From contig CM074804.1 in assembly GCA_037447605.1 (NCBI GenBank), forward strand, positions 4,379,909-4,443,908: DNA of 64,000 nucleotides. The letters are read 5' to 3'. This document shows, piece after piece, positions 33,031-50,000 of this stretch. Source of the stretch: Zygnema circumcarinatum SAG 698-1b (Eukaryota > Plantae > Zygnematophyceae). Within the stretch, counting starts at the first letter, position 1; each line of letters begins with the position of its first letter. Below the pieces are notes generated by a model. That model saw nothing but the letters and a program-made list of their open reading frames with translations, ran no database searches and was not told the origin of the DNA. Position numbers and translations under genes: made by a program.

Positions 33031-33965
33031 GGCCCTGCGGGGGGGAGAGGGAGAGAGGCGGTGAGTTTAGAAGGGGGGGGGGGGGGGGAAGGGGGGAGAA
33101 GGGAGAGGGGAGAGGGGAGGGGAGGGAGGGAGGAAGAAAGAGGTGGACGAAGTGAAGGATGGGTGTGGGAGAGGAGGTTGGAGGGGGACAGTGGAGAAGG
33201 GGTAGATATGGGGAAATAATGCGGGAGAGGAAGAAAGGGTGAAAAGGAGGGGTAGGAGTAGGTGTGGGAAGATGGAAGGAGAAGGGACAGGAGGGGAGCT
33301 GAGGGGAAAAGGGAGGGGGGAGAGACGGGGAGGTGCCGATGGGAGGGAGAGGAGGGCAATGGGGTGGAGAGAGGAGCGATGGAAGGAGAGGGAACGTTGG
33401 AGTGGGTGAGGGCGGGAAGGAGTGCTGGGAGGGTACGGGAGAAGAGGAGGTGGAGCGAGACGGAGATGGTCGAGTTAACGGCAGAAGGGGCGGGGGAGAG
33501 GGGGAGAGGGGGAAAGGTGAACTGCAAAAAGCGGATTTCTTGCCAGCGAAACTTGAACTACCAAAATGCATAAAATGCCACATACTAGCTGCCCATTCAC
33601 TTAAAAGTGAGAAAAAAAGAAAGAAAATGAGAGAGAAAAGTAAAGACAATATTCAAATAAAGCTAAACATCAAATTTGAAACTGTAACTGATCTATAGCA
33701 ACAGGGAACAAGCTCTCCCATTGCAGCCACGAGGAGGGACGCTGCGCAGCGCAGAGCGCATCGACTCGATATATCTATCTGCACCATCTTGAATGTATTA
33801 CATTTATGGCACGAATATAATCAATTACGGATTCTATGCGCTCCAGATTCAGTTCCGGGGACAGGGAGGAGAGGCACCTGTAGCGGGCGGTCAGGGGAGC
33901 GCGTCACACTCGGCCGCCTCCTGCCTTCATGCACATGGCGCCACGTAAGCCTGCCACGTCATCCA

Positions 33966-34104
33966 GGGAGGGAGGGAGGGAGGGAGGGAGGGAGGGAGGG
34001 AGGGAGGGAGGGAGGGAGGGAGGGAGGGAGGGAGGGAGGGAGGGAGGGAGAGGGAGGGAGGGAGGGAGGGAGGGAGGGAGGGAGGAGGGAGGGAGGGAGG
34101 GAGG
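33966..34104 (+). repeat. (GGGA)n tandem repeat
   Basis: About 139 bp of gggagggaggga with few interruptions. Confidence 0.95.
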
Positions 34105-35080
34105 TTAATTGGTTGACCGCGGATAAAAGTTCACTATATTAGAGCAAACGAGAAAGAGGTTGCTGGGAAGGGAGAGTTCAAACTACGCGGTACTTCATGC
34201 TGACCTTCACTCTGATCTCTGGTCACTGAATAATTTCTACATCACTTTTTTCCGACCTCGAGATTACTTTAAAAGTACCTCACAAGCTTAATTGTCAGGT
34301 TTTATTCCAAATGGCTAATGAAAAGGCCTTGGGGACACCAAAAAGCGTGGACTTAACTAAACATGCGGAAAATAGATAACGGCTGCAATAAGTACTATAT
34401 GTTGTTTAATGCTATACATATATTTTAATATACGAAAAAAACGCAGCATAGGAGACATAAATAGTGAAGCTTTCACGAGCAGCAGTCTCACCGCAATCTC
34501 TCCCAAACAGTTCCATGCGCAGAAATCTCCTCAGCTGCCGTAGACTTCCCATCGCCTTATTTTCAAAAGTCGCACTTTAAAGCTCTTGCTGCTTAACACT
34601 TTGCCAGCTTGCAAAGTTTTCGCTCTTTCTCCGTCTCTCTCTCTCTCTCGCTCTCTCCTCTCTCTTTCACTGTCTCTCAAACTTTACTCTGCCACTCTCC
34701 CTCTCAGTGAATCAGGTCCCTGTTACTTCCCCCACTCGGGCTCCTCTCACTCCTCTCCGACAGCTCACTCCATCTCTGTCACACTCACTCTACCTTTCCC
34801 TTCTCACTCGGCTTGCAATCCCTTTCCCACACTCTTCCTCTCACCCTCACTCTCCCACTCCCCTTTCCCCCGTTCTCCTCTTTTCCCACCCTCCACCTGT
34901 CCCGCTCGCTCTCCTCCCCTTTACCTCCCCTCCTCCCTCTCCTCCTCCTCCCTCCCTCCCTCTCACTCTATCTCCTCCCGTCTTCCCTTCCACTTCTCTC
35001 CCTCTCCCCTCCACTCCCAGTCCCCGCTCCCTCCCCCCCAGTCCCCCCCCTGCGGTCCCCTCTCACGTACCATCATCGCC

Positions 35081-35175
35081 CGCCATGCCCCGCCATGCCA
35101 TGCCATGCCCCGCCATGCCATGCCATGCCCCGCCATGCCATGCCATGCCCCGCCATGCCATGCCATGCCATGCCC
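35081..35175 (+). repeat. GCCAT-based minisatellite with a 20-bp higher-order unit
   Basis: cgccatgccatgccatgccc repeated about 4 times. Confidence 0.92.
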
Positions 35176-35868
35176 TCCCCCGCATACGCCATGCCCTGCC
35201 GCCCATGCCCCCCCCATAACTCCACCCCAGCTCCCCTTCCGCCCCCTTCGCACGTGCGGCGAGTCCGCCGACACGGCCTCCGGAAATCCGCGGCGCGCCG
35301 TACGGCTTCGTACAGTGCTCGAGTGGGCGGCCCGTCCGTACGGCCGCGTCCCTCTCGGAGGGACCTCAGTAATGGCGCCGCCCGTCTCCCGTACGTATCG
35401 TACGGCCTCCGAGAGCCACGTGGCGCGAAGTAGCTCGCGGCGTTTGTCCGTTCCGCGCCGCCCTCCAAACCGTTGCGCGGTTTCTGTCCGGTTTGCCGCC
35501 ACCCGGGTTTCGCGGGCCGGGCCAAGTGGGACGAGAAAAAAAAAAAAAAAAGGTTTTGCGGTTTGGAATTTTGTGGTCGTGCCCTCGGACGGGGCCGAGC
35601 GGGGGGGTTCCATGTGGGGAGCGTTAAGACATATTATGAGTTGCAATGAGCTCCTAGGCTCAACATCGCGGGTGCAGAGGCAGCCCCACCGCCCCTTGGC
35701 TCATCTTTCTCATTCATCCTTTTGAAATACCTTTCAATAAATTTACAACTCATTTAGTAAATAACAACGTTGTTTTTTAACTTATCTCAAATAAACGTTC
35801 GACCTTTCGTTGGCTTGCTTTATTACCATTATGTTTTAACCGATCGAAATATTTTTTTTCCTCTACAT

Positions 35869-36025
35869 TAGGGGGTGTCAGACTTAACAAAATCTTACGA
35901 AAAGCGTTACGAAAAAAAAGGTTACGAAAGTACTCCGCCGCAGAAGGATCGCTATTATACTGGAGTACTCGTTCTGATGTCAAACTTACGAACACGCGTA
36001 CTGAAATTTTTTAAGTCTGACACCC
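35869..36025. mobile_element. Short MITE (about 157 bp), same family as 13523-14099, opposite orientation
   Basis: Left end TAGGGGGTGTCAGACTTAACAAAAT matches the reverse complement of 14077-14101 at 24/25. Right end AATTTTTTAAGTCTGACACCC. Four TTACGAA motifs inside. Confidence 0.8.
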
Positions 36026-38405
36026 AGAGTGGCTTGTTAGCCCCCTTGCTCCTCCTCCTCCAGCTTGTTTCCAGCGACCCCTCCAAGGGCGAACCGATAG
36101 CCCCCCGTCGAACCCTCTTACCAGCGCAAGGGGCCGGGAGCAGGGCCAGCCAGTGGGGAGGCGCCACGTGGCATGAGTCGCCTCTAATACGCGTCCCTCC
36201 AAGTCTAGAGGCGCTTGGGGACGTGCGGCCGTACGATATAATCCGTACTGTACGAAAGTGGACCGTACGGCTAAAGCACATGGTGCTTCATGCATGCAGC
36301 ATGATAGTTGCAGCACTCGCTGCAATTGGGCATGGAACTGCTTCGTACGGTATGAAACATGGGATGGCGGCGTGTTCACCAGGTTTGCAGATGTCACAAA
36401 ATGCGTCTAGTGGCATCTAGAAGAATCACAAGGCCAGAGATTGGGTGTGAACCATGAATGCATAAAGCTGATTGCCAAAGACAACAGTTTAACCATCCAA
36501 TGCATAAATGACATTTGTGATCTTTGACATTGTGTATGTTGTCGTAACCCAAAATTTACTATAAGTATGGAGAAAATGGTGTTTGTCAATGTGTTGCAAA
36601 AAGGTAATATGTATGTTGGGCTCACTTGTTTAAGGGGTTTTTTGAAATGTGGGTTCTTTACCAATAGAAAAGCCGGACCAAGGTTGACATAAACTATTAA
36701 GCAACCGTAAATGGAGGGCATAAAGGGTGTCTTTACTTATGGGCAGGCATCACAAAATAAGGGATATCCTTTAAATATCGTAAATAGTTTACTTAAGTTT
36801 GCTATTTTTTGTATATTGTCCTTAAGTCTTTTGTGACCAGGTTTCCATGGTTCTCCACGATGATTTGTCCATTTACAATTGATGGCTTTGCCATCGTAAG
36901 ATCAATGCCATATCAAGCATGCTTATTCAAGGGACAAAGGCAGATTAATGTAGAAATTTACCCTTAAACACCATAAAAAGCCCTAAAAACTATAAAATAA
37001 ATTGTTACAAACTACTCAAAAAGCCCATATACAGATTTACATGAACATGTACTTAAAGCAAGAGTATCATCCATACATATTCCTTGTCCGCATATGCTTT
37101 ATCAGGTTTTTGCAAAAATAATTCACGGGACAATACCCTGTGTTAGGTCAAAATTCCTTACTTGCTCATGGACCGTGGGTAGTAGTTGGTCAAAGTTGAT
37201 CCATCCGAGAATAGATCCGTGACTTCAAAGCGGGGGCGCTTTGGTGGGATCTTGACGACTTGGGGTTGATTCCCGAATCGACGTAGCTGCCTTTACGTCC
37301 TTCATCAAACCCACTAGAATTGTTTCTTCTCATCAGTGTGTGAACTACATAATCTTCAACAATCATGTTTTCACAATTTAGCAAGTGAGCTTGAAGGTGG
37401 CCTGCTTGTATCCATAGTCGCACCACATCGAGTGCACTTGGTTACATAACGATTGATTGAACCCCCCGAAGGAACCCATCCCATGCATTTGATAATGTAG
37501 ACTCCAGTTCAACCCATCGGAGAGGTTCACTGCATAAAGGCACGGCCGGTCGACTTTGGGTTGCCGACAAATGAGTAGTAGACATTAACGGTGAAATAGA
37601 CGTCGAAGTCTATTGCACACCGTCACAGACACGAAAACGGAAAGCCCTTGCTTGACCTTCCAAAGTACCCCCTTAACGCTGCTCTCGTCAATCGTCTTCG
37701 TCCCGTGGCCGGCCATCACTGGTAAGCGTGCCGTGACCTAGGGCAGGGGCACGGGATGTATGTGAGTCGCGGACAACCCGTGCCCCGGGCATGCCCTTGA
37801 CAGGCATGACAGGCATGCCCTTCAGACCGTGCCTCCAACACTTTTTCGCACGCGCGCTGCCCCCTTCCCCCGGTTCAATCCCAACTCCTCTCCCTCTCCT
37901 TCTCTTCCCTTCCCCNNNNNNNNNNCCCCCCCCCCCCCCCCCCCTTCCCCTCCCCCTCACCCCCCAGCCTCACCTTTTCCCAACCCCCACACCCCCTCCC
38001 CCCCATTCCTTTTCTTGCCTGCATCTCTCTCAGACAGTGGAGATGATAGCACACGAGCAGGCGAACCTGGACCCCGCACCTCCCGCGGACCATGACAAAT
38101 ACTTCCGTCCGTCCATTCCAAAAAAAAATTCTGAACAGTCTAATGTTTCCCTCCTGCTCCTACTGACTTTCAAAACAAAAAAAAATAGCTTAGGGCCTCC
38201 TGCAGCTCGCAATACTGCTGCCTCCTCGCCTCTCAAAGAGAGCTCCTATGTGCCTCAGCCTCCACAGCATGGTGCTGTGCGCCCTCACACAGTGAGCCAT
38301 ACCCTAAAGTCAACTGCTGATACCAGAATAATCCTGCGAGCCAAAAAGCCTACACTTTGAAGCCTATGGCTTGCACGTTACCTACTATGCCGGCTCCCAT
38401 TATCC

Positions 38406-43083
<4,678 letters not shown>

Positions 43084-43598
43084 CTTGCCGACTTCCAGGT
43101 GTCAAAAGAAGCCTTCCAGACCCTCACTTCAGTTTTCCTCCCGCAAGACCAAAACAGCTTTCCTAGAAGTAGATCACAGTAATGCTCGCTTCACTATCAA
43201 TCCCTGTACCAAACCCTAATCCGACCCGATCAGCTCTATGCCCAGGCTCCAACGCATGCAGCCAACATTCCTCCTCCGATCTCCTTAGCCTAACTCTTAA
43301 TAAAGCCTCGTCCTCCTTCTTTAGAGCCTCTGACTATGTCCCAATCGCCATGGCTTTCTGGACATGTGACATGAAGGCCGCCCTCCTTCCAGGTACGTGG
43401 CGGAACCGGCAGCTGCTCTGCCTTGCCGTTGCAGGGCGGGGAGGGGTGGGGCGGGGGCGGGGCCTTCAGAAGGGCATCTCGCCCGAAAACGGCTAATGTG
43501 AACACAACAGGTTTCAGATTTTTCAATTGTGAACACGACCAGACTTTCCCCGGCGCGCCTCCAAAGTCAATGAATGAAATGGGTCATAGGCTCATAGC

Positions 43599-44462
43599 CA
43601 GGCCTCTTCAAATAGGGGAGATCCCCTAAATATCATAAATAGCTTATTTATGTAAGATTTTGAGATTAGTTTACGTGATTTCAACTTAAATACCACACAA
43701 GCCCCAAAAAAGCATTTTTTTGGTTAAAAACAAAAAGGAAATGAATTACATTTGCAACCACGATAGCAATGATGTATATGAACTTTACTTGTTGGTATAA
43801 CAACACGGCTTTAGAAACTGGTGCAATCTCTTCGACTCTTATAGATTGGTAAATTTTACCAATCATTTAGAACAACTGTGCATTTGGCAATCACAACATA
43901 TAGTTGCTTATTCAAAAACCCAATTGCTCGGAAACTTTGTAGATCCAATCCTAAGCTCTCTATTTCCTTTTCCATCCATCATTAATTACTCCAAGTATCA
44001 CTTTAGAATCCATCATAGTCTTGAAATTTCCTCACAAAAACTCTATTCCAAATCATAACCTCTGAAATTATAGGTGTAGTCACAAAAGAAAAACTGAAAT
44101 AGGAACTAAAATTAGAAATGAAATGAAAAATGATCTCACTCCCTTAAGAGTTTTAGGCTGAACAAGACAGCTATAGAAGTGATGCAAACTACTCAAAGAG
44201 ACCCTCGAAGAGCAGTCAAACTATCAAACTGTTTGTAGTGAAGAATGCCTTCCAATAAAAAGTCTGTCAACCTCTTTCGATACTCGTCTTTCTCCTATTC
44301 AATTACTGAAAAATCAGACTCGACGGTAGCAGTGTTTGGAAATAATGAACGTCCGTACGTGCACGGTTTCGTCCGTACAGTCCATATTTACGTGTTTTTA
44401 CAAAACCAAGTTAGGGGACAGTCCCCTATCTTAAGCCGAAATCCCCTATTTGAAGAGGCCTG
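43599..44462. mobile_element. Non-autonomous hAT element, 864 bp
   Basis: Perfect 20-bp TIR CAGGCCTCTTCAAATAGGGG (43599-43618 / 44443-44462). Perfect 8-bp TSD CTCATAGC (43591-43598 and 44463-44470). No intact transposase. Confidence 0.95.
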
Positions 44463-45404
44463 CTCATAGCGCATGGCTAACTCACAGCCGCAGCCCCCGG
44501 GCAGCAGCAGCAGCTCCGGACTGTTTCTGTGCCTGACGGCCGCGCATCGAAGTGCTCTCAGGATCTGGATCGAGAGAGGACCGTGCCGGTATCGACAGTG
44601 CGTTCTATGGTACGTTACTGTACCGTCATGGGGGGTACCGTATACTGACCGTATCGGGATGTCCTGCAGGAGTCTGACTAGATCGACTGTCTGTGGGGTC
44701 GGAAGAGTGTCCTGGGTCGGAACGGCTTTAGGACCCACATGCACGATTTGCCATGGTCGCTTTTGCTGCTTAGAAACCCTGTTCCTATTCATGGCATGAG
44801 ATAAACACATTTGTTCGTCCATCCAAGACAATTGAACCATGTTGTTTGTCCATCATCACGAGCCACGCGGCATGGTATAAGGGGGAACAGCAGCCATGGC
44901 ATTTGTTTTCGCACAAAAGAAACAGGATGACTGACAATTTTCCTCACAACCACATTTGAATTGCCCAGAAAACATGAAAATCAAGGCTTTCACAAATACC
45001 ATAAGAATGGAACTAATAAGGCCACGAGTACTCTTCCACATAAGCCTTTCATTATGTCTAGAACAACAACGTTCTAGATTCCTCTCCTCACAAGCATCCA
45101 ATAACCGCACTAGTTTGGAAAAGAGCTTCAGCGAGCCTTATTCTTAGAATTTTGAAAAAAACAAAAAAAAAGGAACACGTTCCTTTAAAACGACAGGCAA
45201 AATGATTTGAAGGCAGCTCCTTGTCACACTATTGAACATCGCTCCAGGTTAAAATGTCCAGAGGATGTGCATGTAGACAGCTAACATTGTGAGTTGCTCT
45301 CCTGAGGAGGACCTACTCCTAGCACAAGCCCTAAAAGCCTTGGAGTCCCCCAATGTTCTAAACTATGCATGGAAGTGGTCACTCTCGAGTGCAGAAAAAG
45401 GCGT

Positions 45405-46422
45405 TCAAGTGGTTCTTAAAGGAGGCGAGACAAGGATCACTCCGTCCCCTCTCACGAACAAATACGGCACATTCCTCCGCGACGTCTGCCGCGAGTACAA
45501 CATGTAGAATGTGAAAGACTTTTAGTATTTTAGAAGGGATGAACGAGCATCTCCAACAAAGGGCAGTGTGAAGCGATCTCCGCTCTATTGGTGTTGAGAA
45601 ATGCACAATCTTGAAGCAAAATGGAGAGGCAGGAAGAAAAAAACATCGAAATGGAAATGTTGATGTGCTTGTAGGAGATGACAAAAAACGAACGGTTCAA
45701 GAAACGATATTTCAATCAGCCCTAGTCAGCCGTATCGGTCATTGTACGACAACCATTTTGTTCACTTCTATCACGTCGCAGAGTTTTGTGGCATCTCACC
45801 TTTACAATCTCTTCATATGTTTCGTCATCGATCTCCACAGACGTCACTACCTCCTCAACATCTCCTAAAATCATGTTCAAGTGTTGATCGTACGCCTGCA
45901 TTTTGGCAATAAATCAGATGTCGGGCCATTGCTCCTGAGTAAATCAGTTCAACAAAGAGACTCCTTTCTCAGTCGGAAACTTTTCAGTTGCAAGAAAGTA
46001 AGAGAATGTAGGGCTACAACTAAAATAACCACAGTGCAGAAGCCCAGAGCGAGATAACTGGCCAACCTCTTCCAACAGAAGTGATCTCCCGCTATAGCCG
46101 TTCTGTATTGAACAATTCAGCAATATATCCAGGGTCTAAGAATCCTAGAGATGCATTAAACGAGCTTAAAGCGTAGAAGGAAACGTGATAGCAGAGGAAA
46201 TTCAGAGTCCTAAAACAAGTAGTCTACGCTCAGCCAACGAACAGTTTACGCTGAGTAATAACCAACTGACATAGACATCAGTAGGAAACGGAAACAAAAA
46301 ACACTCACGTGAAGCTTCCCGCGAAGCTCTCTATCTCCCCGCAGCTTGACGTAGATACGTTCGTCTAAACTGAGTCGAATAAGATCTAGAGGCTCCTTCA
46401 CCGTGCTGTCATCCTCCGCCAT
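45405..46422 (-). CDS. LSM3: U6 snRNA-associated Sm-like protein LSm3; 3 coding exons
   Basis: Exons 46309-46422 ([29 protein letters not shown]), 45800-45895 ([15 protein letters not shown]) and 45405-45485 ([18 protein letters not shown]). Confidence 0.96.
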
Positions 46423-47074
46423 GGCTACCACTGCAGACAGGCAAAGAAAGTGAATTTGAAAAGACTCCCTTCCTCCCTTCCCTCCCTTCTCCTGAAGACG
46501 CCCTTCCTGCTCCGACTGTGAAAATACTTACAAACGCAAACTGCCAAAACACTTAATCCACTTCAAAAATAAACCTGCGATCTGGAATGCTCTATGTTAC
46601 GGCCTTGTGAGTTGTGCTTGGTTCGCTGATACCCTGCTTTTCTCTACACCATAAACATTTAGGGTTAGTCCGCCCTCGGCTCCTGCCACTCTGAAGACTC
46701 CTGGCTGCCGTCGAGGGACCCCAAAAAAACCCTAACGCAGTTCCATGTAGCCGTTCGAAAATGACACGATATGCCGCGTTGCTGCGCCGTTCAACGATGC
46801 AATTGCCACGCGTCTCAGTTCAGTCACAGTCCAGTTAAAACTGAACTGCGAGGCAGCATTCGGCACAGCGTCGTACCTGACGAGTCATGGAAACGTGCTG
46901 CTGCTGCTGCTTTGTTTGCTCTCAACCTACATGCAAAGCACGCTGTCGACTGGCAATTTTGTGAAGTTTGGAGAAAATATAAGTAAGTGCGCTATTGTAG
47001 ACAGATAGATAGACAGAAAATTTCTATCAGGTTGCAAGAGTGTGAAGGATCTTGTCAAGTGAACGGGCCTGAAG

Positions 47075-50000
47075 ATGGCAGAGAAGCCTGTTGGAGCGAG
47101 AAGGAAATCGCGGGAGTACAGAGTCACGTACCGCATGCAGGATGGTCGCAATGCAGTCTATGGCGGCGCCTTTAACCTCATCGATATCAGATATAAGGAC
47201 ATGTTCGCATCAGTCACTTCAAACAGGGTGAAGTGATGTGCTCTCAGCGTGCTGCATGTTTCATGAGTCAGAAATTTGCTCTGCCATGTGGCAAGCATGT
47301 TCTGGTTGAAGAAGCATTTCTATACTTTCAGGAGTCAGTTGAATCATCAGCTTTCGAAGTGTCTTGTAAACGGACGGCACCATTTGTTTAGAGTTGCCTC
47401 TATTAGGCTCCATCCTACGTGACTTTAAGTTTGAGAAGTTTGATGTAACTTGCTCTGTCTACATGTTCGTGCTGCCGTGTTGGTTTTCCGTTAAAGCTCC
47501 ATTGACTTCACGCAACTGAAGCAAGCCATGTTGCAATTAATTGTTAAACTCAACCTATGTGTTTGCAGTTGGATGGGAAAGAGAAGTTTTGCTTTGATTT
47601 CTTAGCCGATTTCCGTGTCATTTATTATATTGGCTCACAATAAGAAACTTTTGTTGTTATCTCAGGTGACGGTTTATAGATGTACACCGGATGGACCTGT
47701 CAACCTCATGCAAGTCTATGTAGATGAGCGAGTATTTTCTATACCTCGAACTATTTTTTTTGTCGTTCTTGCCAATTTCAATATCTAGCTTCATTCTCTC
47801 ACTGCAATGTGTGTATTCTTGTAATATTGGCCATAAGACCAATAGAAATTCAGCCAACACTTCGTCCTTGCTTACGAGAGCCTTGATACATGATCAGATT
47901 ACCGAAGTAGCCAGCCAGAGCAAAAAAATCTATAATGATGTCCGATCATATCGCTTCTCTTCTAGGCGATGTAATTATAAAGTCCAGAGTGTGTCGTGGT
48001 ATGACGCAAATTGCGCAATAGAACAATGGTAAAAAATTGAAAACGGTGTTTTGGATGAGCTTCGCTAATCCTGTTTTTGTAGCGCCAGCAATGCTGTTGC
48101 AGGCAGATTCGATTCAGATGAACTCGTGGTCATGGAATGACTGACGCCATGCTGTTGTTCACCTGAGAAAAGTTCACATCATTACGTCTCGATTGGCATG
48201 TGAGAAGGGATGGCACTAACGTCCTGCATAACGTCAGGACTGGCATTGGTGCAGAAAGAGGAGACCTTCTACACAGTGAGTTGGATGCGTCACACCAGCA
48301 CAGGCCATCCCCTTCTTGCTGCAAGTGGAACTTTTGGGGTTATTCGCATAATTGACTGCTTCACACGGTCTCTCATACATGTATGAAAGCAGAAGCTTTG
48401 TCATCCAATCTGCACTTACGAAATTTGCAATCGATCTCTCTTATCTGTCCATTTCCCGAGTCTTTAATGACGTAGATGGTCCTTCGTTCTGGAATCTATA
48501 CTGGAGGTGTTGCATAAAGGCTTCTCCCCACCCGCACTCTTCTTTCAATATTTTACCATTTTCTTGCCCAATAAGCATGCGAGCGATTATTGCTTTATAA
48601 ATTAAAAAAACTGGAACAAGTACTCTGCGACAATCCGTTCATTCCCTTATGTTGCGTCTGCTCTTGTTCTGCAGACATTCACCGGCCATGGAAGTTCTGT
48701 CAATGAATTGCGGTGTCAGCCCCTAATGCCTTGCCTTCTGTTGTCCGCAAGTAAGGTGTGCCAACTCTCTCTCTCTCACACGCACACACCCACTCACGCA
48801 CTCTCTTTCTTTCCCCCCCGTCTCCCCCCCCCTCTCTCTCTCTCTGTCTCCCTCCCCCCCTCTTTCGCAGTCTTTCGCCTCTCACCTCCTCTCTCCACTT
48901 TTTTATCCCTCCCGCTCTCATTTCACTGACTTCCTCTCATTGTCGCTCTGACAATGAATAGACCTTCAACAGCAAAGCTTCAAGTGAGGTTGCTTTGAAA
49001 GCGTGTATGGAGTCTTGAATGTGTAGCCAATTTTTGTGAGAGAAGTGAAATTAAGAAGGGCCTATGGGCCAGCATGTGACACTTTGAGTCCTTTCAAGGA
49101 ATGAGCTACCACATATGTACGAAAGCTTATTACTCGCTTAAATGCACTTCAGCGAGTCTTTTATTGTTCTGACATTTCCAACCTCATAACGATAGCTGAT
49201 GTCGATAGGTTTTGGTAATGTTTTTCTGTATGGAGCATGCAATCCAGGATGAATCCGTACGCCTTTGGAATACAGATACAAACGTTTGTGTGCTTATTTT
49301 GGCGGGATCTTTGGGGCATCGAAACGAAGTTCTAAGTGTGGTATGCTGCAGCCTTTTGTGGAATTGTCAACTAAGCTCGATTTTTACAGTATGGTTTAAA
49401 TATGTGATGTTTGGAGCTATTGAATCGAGAAGAAACAGGAGACGTTGAAATCATACAGCAGACAGACGAAAAGGAAGAAATAGAGGTCATATCAATGTGT
49501 CGATTTCACAACAAGAACAACGTGGGCAAGTCACATTTGACTGATAATGGCACATTGTGCCTTTGCCTCGTCGATTTCCGTAATCGAGAGCAAGTAAGTG
49601 GCCTTTTTGGATACCGTAATTGCGTGTGTGTGGTGAGACATGTTATGTTTTGAATGCTTGTTTCTCTTATTGCAGGACTTCCATCCCAATGACATGACAA
49701 AACTTGTGTCGTGTGGAATGGACGCCACCGTTCGCATTTGGTGCATCAAAGGTTAATTTCCCTGCCATGGTCAGAGAGGGTCACAAGTATCAAGTTAGGA
49801 AAGAACATAAAGTATCCAGAAGTGATGAAAGCCAGAGATCAGGTGCTCTTCGTTTTTCTCATTCACTTGTACATAGCGAAAAAAAAAATATGAGGGGAGG
49901 AAGTAGTGCAATCCTCGTGATGGCTGACTTTTTTTTCATGAGGCTGTAGACTTTTGGCACGTTGTGGAAAATTCGCACAAATGGACAGACCTTCCTTCAA

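Noticed and set aside
32346-33649. Long Pro/Ser or Gly/Arg/Glu ORFs (also 992-2015, 26895-27386, 34586-35725, 51823-52598, 59061-59782)
   Set aside because: Translations of CT/GA simple-sequence introns or antisense shadows of real ORFs.
37600-38360. Possible plus-strand exons (donor near 37720, acceptor near 38033)
   Set aside because: The direct join creates a TGA, there is no start or homology, and an N gap lies in between.
45545-45605. GAGCATCTCCAACA Tourist-like TIR
   Set aside because: Only a poorly matching partner and no TSD.
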